From assembly GCA_965202665.1 (NCBI GenBank), contig OZ241841.1, positions 1,056,001 to 1,120,000 of the forward strand: DNA of 64,000 nt, written 5' to 3'. Positions 18,802 to 28,645 of this stretch are shown here, piece by piece. The DNA comes from Candidatus Spongiisociaceae bacterium (GTDB lineage Bacteria > Actinomycetota > Acidimicrobiia > Spongiisociales > Spongiisociaceae). Within the stretch, counting starts at the first letter, position 1. Each line of letters opens with the position of its first letter. The notes beneath the pieces were generated by a model that was given only the letters and a program-made list of their open reading frames with translations, had not been told where the DNA came from and ran no database searches. The position numbers and the translations under genes are program-made.

Positions 18802-19605
18802 CTATTCTTCGGTGGGGGTGGTGGGGGGGTCTAGGGCGGTTTGGTGGGCTTTGCTTATTGGGGGGGAGGAGGGGAGGAGGATGGGGGTTACGGCTATTTC
18901 GCCTCTTAGGCTGACGGCGGTGTCGCAACCGGTTGCGTTCAGCATGGCTTGCCGGTCGGCGCGGTAGCGGTGGCTGAAAGTTCCGTCCGGGTTGCGTTCG
19001 TGCAGTTGGCCGTAGGTGACCGGGGCCAGCGGGGCCAGGCGGCGGGGGGTGTCGGGCCCGGCGTCCCAGGGCACGTTGACGTTTATCACATCGCCGGGCA
19101 GGTCGGCGGCCACGATGTCGGCCAGCAACCGGGCGCAGACCCCGGCCAGCCTGTCCCACACCGGCGACGATTGGGGGGAGCGGGCCCGCTCATACCACTG
19201 ATGCCAGTCCCCTCGCCCTTCGGCGGAGAAAGCCACCCCCGGCAAACCCAGCGCCCGGGCTTCGAAGACGGCCCCGATGGTGCCCGAAGCCAGCGCGCCG
19301 ATGGCCGAAAAGTTGTATCCCAGGTTGATGCCGGAAACGACCAGGCGGGGCCGGTCGTCGAAATAGACCGCCCCCACCTGCACCGCGTCCGCCGGGTAGC
19401 CGGAGACGGTAACCATCGTCACCCCCTCCGCCTCCGACTCCGAAACTTGCAACGGGCTGTAGCGGGTGACGGCTTTGGCGGACCAGCTCCGTTCCCGGTC
19501 GGGGGCCACCACCCGCACCTCCCCCACCTCCCCCAGCGCCAAAGCAAACGGGAGCAGGGCCGGGCTGGCCGGACCGTCGTCGTTGGTGAGCAGAATCCAG
19601 GACAT
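18802..19605 (-). CDS. surE: 5'/3'-nucleotidase SurE
   Basis: ILLTNDDG, VVAPDRERS, SGINLGYN, SGT. Confidence 0.92.
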   Translation of the reverse strand: MSWILLTNDDGPASPALLPFALALGEVGEVRVVAPDRERSWSAKAVTRYSPLQVSESEAEGVTMVTVSGYPADAVQVGAVYFDDRPRLVVSGINLGYNFSAIGALASGTIGAVFEARALGLPGVAFSAEGRGDWHQWYERARSPQSSPVWDRLAGVCARLLADIVAADLPGDVINVNVPWDAGPDTPRRLAPLAPVTYGQLHERNPDGTFSHRYRADRQAMLNATGCDTAVSLRGEIAVTPILLPSSPPISKAHQTALDPPTTPTEE

Positions 19606-19645
19606 ACCCGCGGCAGGGTAGCCGCCGTCCGCCTACTATCTAAAT

Positions 19646-20134
19646 ATGAGCGGACGAGCGGTAGCCGTAACCTGTAGCGACGGGGTAACCCACGGCGCCC
19701 GAACCGATGATTCCGGGGCGTTGCTGGAAGAACGGCTGGCCGCTTTCGGCCCGCAAGTGGGGGGCCTGCAAGTGGAGCGGCGCGCCGTGCCCGACGATCG
19801 GGAGCGGATAACGGAACTGCTGGCCGAACTGGCCCCCCGTTGCGTCCTGATCGTCACCACCGGCGGCACCGGGTTCGGCCCGCGGGACGTAACCCCGGAG
19901 GCCACCTCCGCCCTGCTGGACCGCCCCGCTCCCGGATTGGCGGAACTGATCCGGCATGAAGGCCTGAAGCACACCCCGCTGGCCGCCCTGTCCCGGGGAA
20001 CGGCGGGCGTGATCGGATCGTGCCTGGTCGTCAACCTGCCCGGCAGCCCCAAAGCGGTGGCGGAAGGCTGGGAGGCGGTGGAGCCTTTGCTGCCCCACAT
20101 CCTCAACTTGCTGGCCGGAGACACCGAACACTGA
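19646..20134 (+). CDS. MogA/MoaB family molybdenum cofactor biosynthesis protein
   Basis: [25 protein letters not shown]. Confidence 0.93.
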   Translation: MSGRAVAVTCSDGVTHGARTDDSGALLEERLAAFGPQVGGLQVERRAVPDDRERITELLAELAPRCVLIVTTGGTGFGPRDVTPEATSALLDRPAPGLAELIRHEGLKHTPLAALSRGTAGVIGSCLVVNLPGSPKAVAEGWEAVEPLLPHILNLLAGDTEH

Positions 20135-20155
20135 CCCGCCCCCCAGCCCCCGAAA

Positions 20156-20956
20156 TCAGGTTATGCGATGGGGATGGGAGTAGATGTTGAAACCGCCGGG
20201 GCGGACGAAGCCGGCCACGGTCAAACCCAGCTCTTCGCCCAAGTCAACGGCCAGGGAAGTGGCCGCCGACACTCCGGCCAGCAACCCCAGCCCCGCCGCG
20301 GCCGTCTTCTGCACCAGTTCGAAGGAAACCCGCCCCGACACGGTCACCGCCATCTCCCCCAGCGGCCACCGCTCGGCGGACAGGGCCCCCACCAGTTTGT
20401 CCATGGCGTTGTGGCGGCCCACGTCTTCCCGCAAAGCGGCCAACTCCCCGTCGGGGGTGAACGCGGCCGCGGCGTGCAAGCCCCCGGTCTGGGCGAACCC
20501 GGACTGGGCTTCCCGCATTATCTCCATCATCTCCACCAGCCGTCCGGCGGCCACCGCCGGACCGGCGGGCGGCGGCGGGGAGGCCACCCGCACCGCGTCG
20601 ATGGAGGCCTTGCCGCACACCCCGCACGAAGAAGTGGCGTACAGGTTGCGGCGAAACTGTTCGGGATCCACCACCGTCCCCTCCGCCAAAACCAGGTCGT
20701 AGCGCCCCTCCCCCTCCCCTCCCCCCATCGCCCGCACCTCCGCCAACTCGCCGGGACGGAGAATGATCCCTTCGGTCAGGGCGAACCCGCGGGCCAGCTC
20801 CCGGTCGTGGCCGGGGGTGCGCATCAGCACCGCTATCGGAACCCCGCCCAGCCGGAACTCCACCGGCTCCTCGGCGGGCAACCGGTCTTCCCGCCCGGCG
20901 CGCCCGCCCTCCCCCTCCCCCACCCGCACCACCCGCCGAACCGCAATCGAATCCAT
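20156..20956 (-). CDS. fdhD: formate dehydrogenase accessory sulfurtransferase
   Basis: EEP, MRTPG, SSCGVCG, TGGLHAA, EDVGRHNA; start ATG 20956. Confidence 0.95.
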   Translation of the reverse strand: MDSIAVRRVVRVGEGEGGRAGREDRLPAEEPVEFRLGGVPIAVLMRTPGHDRELARGFALTEGIILRPGELAEVRAMGGGEGEGRYDLVLAEGTVVDPEQFRRNLYATSSCGVCGKASIDAVRVASPPPPAGPAVAAGRLVEMMEIMREAQSGFAQTGGLHAAAAFTPDGELAALREDVGRHNAMDKLVGALSAERWPLGEMAVTVSGRVSFELVQKTAAAGLGLLAGVSAATSLAVDLGEELGLTVAGFVRPGGFNIYSHPHRIT

Positions 20957-21022
20957 CCCCCCACCATACCCGCCTCCTCCCATTTCAAGGGGAGAGGGGG
21001 GCGGGCGGCGTAGACTGCCGGT

Positions 21023-21784
21023 ATGTGCCACAACCATGATTCGCATCCGCCGATGGAGGCGGGGGAACGGGCGGCGACCGGGGCCGACCTGACGTTGACC
21101 GCCCGCGACGGGAACCGCTTCTCCGCTTACGCCGCCGCCGGGTCGCCCCCTTCGCCGGCCGGGGTGGTGGTGATGCCCGATGTGCGGGGGCTGTTTCGCT
21201 TCTACAAAGAGCTGGCCCTGCGTTTCGCCGAAGCCGGGCACGACGCGGTGGCCATCGACTACTTCGGCCGCACCGCCGGTTTGGGGGAACGCCCCAACGA
21301 CTGGGATTTCTGGCCGCACGTCCACGGAACCACTTTCGCCGGGGTGCGGGACGACGTGACCGCCGCCGTCTCCTATCTGAAACGGGACAATTCGGAGCGG
21401 GCGGTGTTCACGGTCGGGTTCTGCTTCGGCGGTTCCAACTCCTGGCATCAGGCGGCCAACGGGCTGGGCTTGGCGGGCGCGGTCGGTTTCTACGGCCGGC
21501 CCCGGCGGGACGAGGAAACGGCGGGGGCCGTCGACCGGACAGCGGGGATGGCTTGCCCGGTGCTGGCCCTGATGGGCGGGGACGACCCTTCCATCCCACC
21601 CGAATCGGTAGCGGATTTCGCCGCCGCCTTGGACGCGGCGGGCGTCCAAAACGAAGTGGTCGTCTACCCCGGAGCCCCCCATTCTTTCTTCGACCGCCTA
21701 CAATCCGACTTCGCCGTCGAATCCGCCGACGCCTGGAAACGGACGCTGTCGTTCATAGAGGCCAACACCGGGACCTCCCCCTGA
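21023..21784 (+). CDS. dienelactone hydrolase family protein
   Basis: GFCFGG nucleophile elbow, YPGAPHSF. Confidence 0.92.
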   Translation: MCHNHDSHPPMEAGERAATGADLTLTARDGNRFSAYAAAGSPPSPAGVVVMPDVRGLFRFYKELALRFAEAGHDAVAIDYFGRTAGLGERPNDWDFWPHVHGTTFAGVRDDVTAAVSYLKRDNSERAVFTVGFCFGGSNSWHQAANGLGLAGAVGFYGRPRRDEETAGAVDRTAGMACPVLALMGGDDPSIPPESVADFAAALDAAGVQNEVVVYPGAPHSFFDRLQSDFAVESADAWKRTLSFIEANTGTSP

Positions 21785-21871
21785 ACCCCGCCCCGCCCCC
21801 GCCGCCCGCCCGCGGCGGAGGGTCCGCATCCCCCGACCGGTTTACAATCGGCTATCCCGTAAGGTGAACAT

Positions 21872-24052
21872 ATGACCACATTGCAACGAAACCTGGGCCT
21901 GTCGGCGGTTTTCACCGTCAGCATCGGGGCGATGATCGGCAGCGGCATTTTCGTGTTGCCCGGCTTGGCCGACAAGGTGGCCGGCCCGGCCGCCATCCTC
22001 GCCTACGTGCTGGCCGGCGTGGTGGTCATCCCGGCCGCGGTCAGCCAGTCCGAGTTGGCCACCGCCATGCCCCGGGCGGGCGGCGCCTACCTGTTCATCG
22101 ACCGGGCGATGGGGCCGCTGGTGGGCACGGTGGCCGGGTTCGGGGTGTGGTTCGCCCTCATCTTCAAATCGGCTTTCGCCCTGGTCGGCCTGGGCGCCTA
22201 CCTGGACTTTTTCATCCGGTGGCCCGCCCGGACGGTGGGGATCACGCTGGCCCTGCTGCTGGGCGCCATCAACATCATGGGGGTGAAACAGTCGGGCCGG
22301 TTCCAAACGGTGGTGGTGCTGTCGGTGCTGTCGGTGCTGGGTTTCTTCGTGGTCGCCGGCGGGGTGAACGTGGAAGCCGCCAACCTGGCCCCGTTTATGC
22401 CGGAAGGGTGGGGCGGTTTGCTTTCGGCCACCGGTTTGGTGTTCGTCTCCTACGCCGGGGTGACCAAAGTGGCTTCGGTGGCCGAAGAGGTGAAAGACCC
22501 GGGACGCACCCTGCCCCGGGGGATGCTGGGCTCCATTTTCCTGATGCTCATCCTCTACCCGGCGATAATGTGGGTGATCGCGGGCAACCTTCCGCAGGGG
22601 ATTCTGGCCGACGATTTGGCCCCGGTGGCCGACGCCGCCGGCCTTTTCCTGGGACCGGTGGGGGCGGACATTATTTCCGCCACCGCCATTTTCGCCCTGG
22701 TGTCCATGGCCAACGCCGGTTTGCTATCCTCCTCCCGCTACCCGTTCGCCATGGCCCGCAACCAGTTGGCCCCCGCTCCGCTGGCCTCCATATACAACCG
22801 CACCGGCACCCCGGCGGCCAGCATCGCCCTCACCTGCCTGACCATGGTGGCGCTGATCGCCTTCGTGCCGCTCATCGAACTGGCCAAATTGGCCTCCGCT
22901 TTCCAAGTGGTGGTGTTCTGCTTGATAAACCTGTCCCTGATCGCCTTCCGCGAGGCTCACCCCGCCTGGTACCGCCCCAAATTCCGTTCCCCTTTCTACC
23001 CGTGGCTGCAACTGTTCGGCATCGCTTCTTCGCTGTTGCTTTTGACCCAGCTGGGATGGATTTCCATCCTTGGTGCGGTGGGGATGGTGGCGGCCGGCGC
23101 GTTCTGGTACCGGGTGTTCGGGCGTTCCCGGGCCAGCCACGAAAGCGCCGCTTTGGACGCGTTGCGCCTCCGTTCCATCGGCCCGCTGGTCGCCACCACC
23201 GAAGCCGCCCTCGCTTCCCCCGGACGCAACCACGTGGCCATCGCGGTGGACGGCACCACCAGCAACACCCGCCTGCGGGACCTGTTGCGCATCGCCAAAG
23301 CGGTCGCCGCCGAAGACGGGCGCATCACGCTCACCCGGATGGACCGCATTCGTTCCGGTTCGCTGTGGTGGCGGCGTCTGGACCCGCCCCGGGCCGACGA
23401 CCCGTTCCGGCTGGGGGCGAAAGACATCGCCAACGAACTGGATGTGGACATTGCGTTGGTACGTCCCACCGGAGCCGATCCGGGGGCGGCCCTTCTGGAA
23501 TACGCCCGGCGGCACGCGGTGGACCTGATCCTCAGCCACATCAACGTGGGAACCCGGGCCCGCACCCGGTTCGACCCGTTGTGGCTGCAAGCCCACGCCG
23601 ACGCCGATGTGATGTTGCTGGGCAACGACGACCTGGAAGAGTTGCGCACCATCACCGTACTGGGAGCGGGGAGCCCCTACGATGTGGCCAAAATCGACAC
23701 CGCCTACCGGCTGGGACACGCCGAACGGGCCGAAGTGCGGCTGTTGCATGTTTTGGGGGAAAACGCCAACGAACCGCAACAGGAGGCGGTGGCCGGCTAC
23801 CACCGGCAGCTGATGGAGTTCAGCCCGGTGGAAACCCACAGCGACATAGGCATTTCCGATGACCTGGTGCAGGCGATCATCCAACGGGCCCGCAACTCCG
23901 ACCTGGTGGTGATGGGGGCGTCGCGGGCCGGGATAGGCCCCGAACTGAGCCAACGGATCAGCGAAGCGGTGGCGGCGCCGGTGCTGGTGGTGCAGGCCCC
24001 CCCCGACGACGAAAACTGGCGCAAACGCATCCTCCACCGCCTGATCTACTAA
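21872..24052 (+). CDS. APC family amino acid permease with C-terminal universal stress protein domains
   Basis: GAMIGSGIF, PRAGG, AEEVKDP, 12 TM; soluble tail with DLVVMGAS and APVLVV. Confidence 0.9.
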   Translation: MTTLQRNLGLSAVFTVSIGAMIGSGIFVLPGLADKVAGPAAILAYVLAGVVVIPAAVSQSELATAMPRAGGAYLFIDRAMGPLVGTVAGFGVWFALIFKSAFALVGLGAYLDFFIRWPARTVGITLALLLGAINIMGVKQSGRFQTVVVLSVLSVLGFFVVAGGVNVEAANLAPFMPEGWGGLLSATGLVFVSYAGVTKVASVAEEVKDPGRTLPRGMLGSIFLMLILYPAIMWVIAGNLPQGILADDLAPVADAAGLFLGPVGADIISATAIFALVSMANAGLLSSSRYPFAMARNQLAPAPLASIYNRTGTPAASIALTCLTMVALIAFVPLIELAKLASAFQVVVFCLINLSLIAFREAHPAWYRPKFRSPFYPWLQLFGIASSLLLLTQLGWISILGAVGMVAAGAFWYRVFGRSRASHESAALDALRLRSIGPLVATTEAALASPGRNHVAIAVDGTTSNTRLRDLLRIAKAVAAEDGRITLTRMDRIRSGSLWWRRLDPPRADDPFRLGAKDIANELDVDIALVRPTGADPGAALLEYARRHAVDLILSHINVGTRARTRFDPLWLQAHADADVMLLGNDDLEELRTITVLGAGSPYDVAKIDTAYRLGHAERAEVRLLHVLGENANEPQQEAVAGYHRQLMEFSPVETHSDIGISDDLVQAIIQRARNSDLVVMGASRAGIGPELSQRISEAVAAPVLVVQAPPDDENWRKRILHRLIY

Positions 24053-24112
24053 CTCCCGCCGCCCCCAAAAAAAGCAAACCCGAACCAGCGGAGGCGATTT
24101 ACCATCTGAGGG

Positions 24113-24745
24113 ATGAAAGGAGCCGACATGCGCGAAACCGGCCAATCACCTATAGGGCGCTACAGCCCAGGGGAAGTTTCCCACCTGACGGGCGTTTCCC
24201 CGCGGCGCATAGGCCAATGGGCGAGGCGGAAATGCATAGCGCGGTCGCGCCCCGAATCCGCCAAGCGCCCCTTCTCCTACCAGGACGTCGGCGAGACGCT
24301 GATGGTGCGCAAACTGACGGAGGCGGGGGTCCGTCTCGCCGATGCGAGCTTGGCGGTAACCAGGTTGCGGGAAGAATACGGAAACTGGCCGTTGCGCGAC
24401 GCTCCGCTCCCAAAGGATGAGTATCGGAGAATGCTCTTGGAAAACGGGGAACATCTCTGGGATTTCACATCCGGCGTATCCGGCCGGCGGGCGATAAGCT
24501 CGGCCCTGGCCGACGGGGGCTGGGCGTCCGTTGAGGAATCTCTTACCCGCATTGCGGTGGATCCGGCCGTAATGTCGGGTACGCCCACTATCCGCGGCCG
24601 GCGGATCACCGCCATGTTCGTCGGGAATATGGCGGAAACCCCCTCCGGGCGGGAGATTTTGGAAACGGATTATGAACTGAGCGAGGAGGAGATCGACGAA
24701 GGCCGCCGGTGGCGGGCCAAAGCGCTGGAATACGCCGCGGCCTGA
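24113..24745 (+). CDS. MerR-like HTH plus DUF433 protein (antitoxin-like)
   Basis: YSPGEVSHLTGVSPRRIGQW HTH; IAVDPAVMSGTPTIRGRRI..DYELSEEEI DUF433 motif. Confidence 0.85.
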   Translation: MKGADMRETGQSPIGRYSPGEVSHLTGVSPRRIGQWARRKCIARSRPESAKRPFSYQDVGETLMVRKLTEAGVRLADASLAVTRLREEYGNWPLRDAPLPKDEYRRMLLENGEHLWDFTSGVSGRRAISSALADGGWASVEESLTRIAVDPAVMSGTPTIRGRRITAMFVGNMAETPSGREILETDYELSEEEIDEGRRWRAKALEYAAA

Positions 24746-24817
24746 CCCGGCGCCCGGCTCCAATCCCCGCCCCCGGCGGAGCGCGCCCGGTCGCGGGGGT
24801 TACAATGGGCATCCAGC

Positions 24818-24910
24818 GAAACACGGGAGCTCCGGATACGGGGCTGAGAGGGAGTTGCGGCTCCGACCGTTTGCACCTGATCCGGGTAATGCCGGCGCAG
24901 GAAGACCGCC
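24818..24910 (+). ncRNA. TPP (THI-box) riboswitch
   Basis: CGGGAG..GCTGAGA..GACCG..ACCTGATCCGGGTAATGCCGGCGCAGGAAG consensus upstream of the thiamine transporter; TACAAT at 24801. Confidence 0.95.
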
Positions 24911-24953
24911 CCCTCTCCGTTCCCCCGCCTCCCCGGGACGACAGGAGAGACAA

Positions 24954-26006
24954 ATGCGACGCACATTCATATCGGCCGCCGCGCTGGCCCTGCTTTTCGC
25001 CGCTTGCGGCGGGGCGGAGTCCGGCCCGGACGAAGGGCCGCAGACCATCCGGCTCATCACCCACGGTTCGTTCAGCATCAGCGACGAAGTCTGGGAAGAG
25101 TTCCAAGCGGAAACCGGCCACACCGTCCAACTTTTGGTCTCCGATGACGCGGGGACCATGGTCTCCCAAGCCATCCTCAGCAAAGACAACCCGGTCAGCG
25201 ATGTGATGTTCGGCGTGGACAACACCTTCCTGGGCCGGGCCTTGGACGAAGACCTGTTCGAAGAATACGTTTCCCCCTACCTGGTCAACGTGCCCGACTC
25301 CCTGAAACTGGACACCCGGGCCACCCCCATCGACTTCGGGGACGTGTGCGTTAATTACGACAAAGCCGGCCTGGCCGCCCGGGGGCTTTTCCCCCCGCGC
25401 GCCCTGCGCGACCTGACCCGCCCTGAATACCGGGGCCTGCTGGCCGTGCAGCATCCGGGGACCTCCTCCCCCGGCCTGGCTTTTCTGCTGGCGACGGTGG
25501 CCGCCTTCGGGGAGGACGGCGACTACACCTGGCGGGACTTCTGGGCGGAGCTGGCGGACAACGATACGGCGGTGGCCTCCGGATGGGAGCAGGCCTACTA
25601 CGAGATGTTCTCCGGCGGGTCGGGGGCGGGCGACCGGCCGCTGGTCGTCTCCTACGCCTCCTCCCCCCCGGCCGAGGTCATCTTCGCCGACCCCCGCCCG
25701 GAAACCGCCCCCACCGGGGTGATGGAAGCGGGATGCTTCCGCCAAATCGAATTCGCCGGGGTGATGAACGGCACCCCCGTTCCCAACGCCGCCCGGAGCC
25801 TGATCGATTTCATGCTGGGCCTGACTTTCCAGGAGGACATCCCGCTCAACATGTTCGTGTTCCCCGCCCATGAAGGGGCCGCGCTGCCCCCCGAGTTCGT
25901 GGAGCACGTCAGCATCCCCTCCGACCCGGCCGGGCTGGCCCCGGAAACCATCGACGGCAACCGCTCCCGGTGGATAGAAGAATGGATAGAGACGGCGGGC
26001 GGCTGA
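24954..26006 (+). CDS. thiB: thiamine ABC transporter substrate-binding lipoprotein
   Basis: FAAC lipobox, THGSF, GVDNT, TSSPGLAFL, VVSYASSP, CFRQIEF. Confidence 0.93.
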   Translation: MRRTFISAAALALLFAACGGAESGPDEGPQTIRLITHGSFSISDEVWEEFQAETGHTVQLLVSDDAGTMVSQAILSKDNPVSDVMFGVDNTFLGRALDEDLFEEYVSPYLVNVPDSLKLDTRATPIDFGDVCVNYDKAGLAARGLFPPRALRDLTRPEYRGLLAVQHPGTSSPGLAFLLATVAAFGEDGDYTWRDFWAELADNDTAVASGWEQAYYEMFSGGSGAGDRPLVVSYASSPPAEVIFADPRPETAPTGVMEAGCFRQIEFAGVMNGTPVPNAARSLIDFMLGLTFQEDIPLNMFVFPAHEGAALPPEFVEHVSIPSDPAGLAPETIDGNRSRWIEEWIETAGG

Positions 26007-27616
26007 CCCTGCGCCCCGGGCCGTGGCTGATAGCCGTCCCGCTGGTTTTTCTCGGTCTTTTCTACCTGTATCCGCTGGCCCGGATCATCATCCGCAGCCT
26101 CACCTTGCAGGGCGGGCTGGACCTGTCCCCCTTCTTGGAGATCGCCGCCAAAGGTTCGCTGCGGCGGGCGGCCTGGTTCACCCTGTGGCAGGCGGCCGCC
26201 TCCACCCTGCTCACCCTGCTCTTCGCCCTGCCCGGGGCCTACGTAATCGCCCGTTACCGCTTCCCGGGGCGTAATTTCATCCGGGCGGCGGTGACCGTCC
26301 CTTTCGTCCTGCCCACGGTGGTGACGGGGGCCGCCTACCTGGCCCTGCTGGGGCCGGACGGGCCGCTGGGCGTGGACCTGCGGGGCACCGCCTGGGCCAT
26401 CCTGGCCGCCCACGTGTTCTTCAACTACGCGGTGGTGGTGCGCATAGTGGGGAGTTTCTGGGAACTGCTCGACCCCCGTTTGGAGGAGGCGGCCCGCGCT
26501 TTGGGGGCCGGCCGCCTGCGGGCGTTCCGCACGGTGACCCTGCCCCTGCTGGCCCCTTCCATCTACGCCGCCTCTTCCATCATTTTCCTGTTCACTTTCA
26601 CTTCCTTCGGGGTGGTGTTGATCCTGGGCGGCTTCGGCTACGCCACCCTGGAAGTGGCCATCTGGCAGGAGGCGGTCATCCATCTGGACTTGGCCGCGGC
26701 GGCCGCCCTGTCGGTGGCGCAGTTGGCCGGGGTGAGCGCCGCCCTGGCCGTCTACAGCCGTTTCCAGAAGCGGCATGCCCGCCGCCTGCGCCTGCATCCG
26801 GGGGGAACGGCCCGCCCCCCCGACTCCCCCGGCAAGAAACTGGCGGTGGGGGCCGTCCTGGCCTCCATGATCCTCTACCTGGGCGGGCCGATCGGGGCGT
26901 TGCTGTGGCGCTCCTTCCAAACCGGAGACGGCGGGCCGGGCCTGGGCAACTACCTGAACTTGTTCCGGGGGGCGGCCAAATTCGCCGACCCCCCGGCCGC
27001 GATGGCCAACTCCCTGTGGTTCGCGGCGGCGGCGGGCGCCGGAGCTTTGGCGGTGGGGCTGGCGGCGGCCGTCGTCATCGCCCGCCTCCCCGGAAAGACC
27101 GGCCCCCGGCTGGATTCGCTGCTGATGCTCCCTTTGGGCACTTCGGCGGTCACCATCGGGTTCGGGTTCCTGGTGGCCTTCGACCGGCCCGTCGACCTGC
27201 GGGCCTCCGCCTGGTTGATACCGCTGGCCCACGCGGTGGTGGCGGTCCCGTTCGTCATCCGCACCGTGACCCCGGTTTTGCGGTCGGTGCGGGCCAACCT
27301 GTGGGAGGCGGCGGCCACGCTGGGGGCCGCCCCCCGCCGCGTGTTCCGGGAAATCGACCTGCCCATCATTCGCAGGGCGGCCTTGGTGGGGGCCGGGTTC
27401 GCCTGCGCGGTGTCCCTGGGCGAGTTCGGGGCCACCGCTTTCCTGGTCCGCCCCGACCGGCCCACCATCCCCACCGCCATCTTCCGCCTGCTGGGACAGC
27501 CGGGGGCGGTCACCGTGGGGCAGGCCATGGCCCTGAGCGTGGTCCTGATGGTGATCACCACCGCCCTGATAATGCTCATCGAAGGGCGCCGGGCGGGGAA
27601 TCTGGGAGACTTCTGA
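25970..27616 (+). CDS. thiP: thiamine ABC transporter permease
   Basis: Duplicated permease with two EAA loops; exact start uncertain. Confidence 0.88.
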   Translation: MDRRMDRDGGRLTLRPGPWLIAVPLVFLGLFYLYPLARIIIRSLTLQGGLDLSPFLEIAAKGSLRRAAWFTLWQAAASTLLTLLFALPGAYVIARYRFPGRNFIRAAVTVPFVLPTVVTGAAYLALLGPDGPLGVDLRGTAWAILAAHVFFNYAVVVRIVGSFWELLDPRLEEAARALGAGRLRAFRTVTLPLLAPSIYAASSIIFLFTFTSFGVVLILGGFGYATLEVAIWQEAVIHLDLAAAAALSVAQLAGVSAALAVYSRFQKRHARRLRLHPGGTARPPDSPGKKLAVGAVLASMILYLGGPIGALLWRSFQTGDGGPGLGNYLNLFRGAAKFADPPAAMANSLWFAAAAGAGALAVGLAAAVVIARLPGKTGPRLDSLLMLPLGTSAVTIGFGFLVAFDRPVDLRASAWLIPLAHAVVAVPFVIRTVTPVLRSVRANLWEAAATLGAAPRRVFREIDLPIIRRAALVGAGFACAVSLGEFGATAFLVRPDRPTIPTAIFRLLGQPGAVTVGQAMALSVVLMVITTALIMLIEGRRAGNLGDF

Positions 27617-28645
27617 ATGCTGCAAGTGGAGCGGGTTTCCCTTTTCTATCCGAACGCCGGGCGCCCGGCCCTGGACCGGGTGAGCCTCAGCGTGCGCTCC
27701 GGGGAGATCATGGCCCTGCTGGGGCCGTCCGGGTCGGGCAAAACCAGCCTGTTGCGGGTGATAACCGGCTTGGAACGGCCCGCCTCGGGACGGGTGGCCC
27801 TGGGGGGGCGGGATCTGACCGAAACGCCGGTGCACCGGCGCCGCATCGGACTGATGTTCCAGGAATACGCCCTTTTCCCCCACCTGACCGTCTCCGAAAA
27901 CGCCGCCTTCGGCCTGCGGATGGAAGGCCGGGACGCGGCGGACATCCGACGACGGGTGCGGGAGGTTTTATCCTGGGTGGAAATGGAAGAGTTCGCCAAC
28001 CGGGAAGTGGATTCCCTGTCCGGGGGGGAACGGCAACGGGCGGCTTTGGCCCGGTCGCTGGCCCCGGAACCGGATCTGTTGCTGCTGGACGAACCGGTGG
28101 GCGCCCTGGACCGGGCCCTGCGCTCCCGGCTCATCCCCGACCTGTCCGCCCTGTTGCGCCGGGTGGGGGTGTCGGCCGTCTACGTAACCCACGACCAGGA
28201 CGAGGCTTTCGCCATCGCCGACCGGGTGGCCGTCCTGGCCGGGGGCCGCATCCGGCAGACCGACTCCCCCCGGCGACTGTGGGAAGCCCCCGCCGACCGG
28301 TGGGTGGCCCGTTTCCTCGGGTTGGAAAATATGGATCGGATAACCGTGCGGGGCGGCTCCGCCCAGGGCGGCGTTGGAACTTTCCCCCTGGATTGGCCGG
28401 ATGGGGAATATCCGGTGGTGATCCGCCCGGAGGGCATCCGGCTGGACCCGGACGGCCCGGTGGCCGGGGCGGTGGAATCGGCCGTTTTCACCGCCGGACG
28501 CACCCGCCTCACCGTCTCCTGCAACAGCCGCCCCCTCGCTTTCGACGCCATCGGACCCGCCCCGGACGCGGGGGAAACGGTGCGCCTGGCCATCCGCCCG
28601 GAGGCGGTGCGCGTAGTGGCCGAAGAGGGGGGAGACGGCCCGTGA
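27617..28645 (+). CDS. thiQ: thiamine ABC transporter ATP-binding protein
   Basis: GPSGSGKT, LSGGERQR, LLLDEP. Confidence 0.88.
   Translation: MLQVERVSLFYPNAGRPALDRVSLSVRSGEIMALLGPSGSGKTSLLRVITGLERPASGRVALGGRDLTETPVHRRRIGLMFQEYALFPHLTVSENAAFGLRMEGRDAADIRRRVREVLSWVEMEEFANREVDSLSGGERQRAALARSLAPEPDLLLLDEPVGALDRALRSRLIPDLSALLRRVGVSAVYVTHDQDEAFAIADRVAVLAGGRIRQTDSPRRLWEAPADRWVARFLGLENMDRITVRGGSAQGGVGTFPLDWPDGEYPVVIRPEGIRLDPDGPVAGAVESAVFTAGRTRLTVSCNSRPLAFDAIGPAPDAGETVRLAIRPEAVRVVAEEGGDGP

Noticed and set aside
15484-21682. Apparent N-terminal extensions of rplY (to 16515) and fdhD (to 21682)
   Set aside because: The extensions overlap real genes on the opposite strand; better starts exist at 16146 and 20956
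21872-24052. APC permease-USP fusion as a novelty
   Set aside because: Already a known domain architecture
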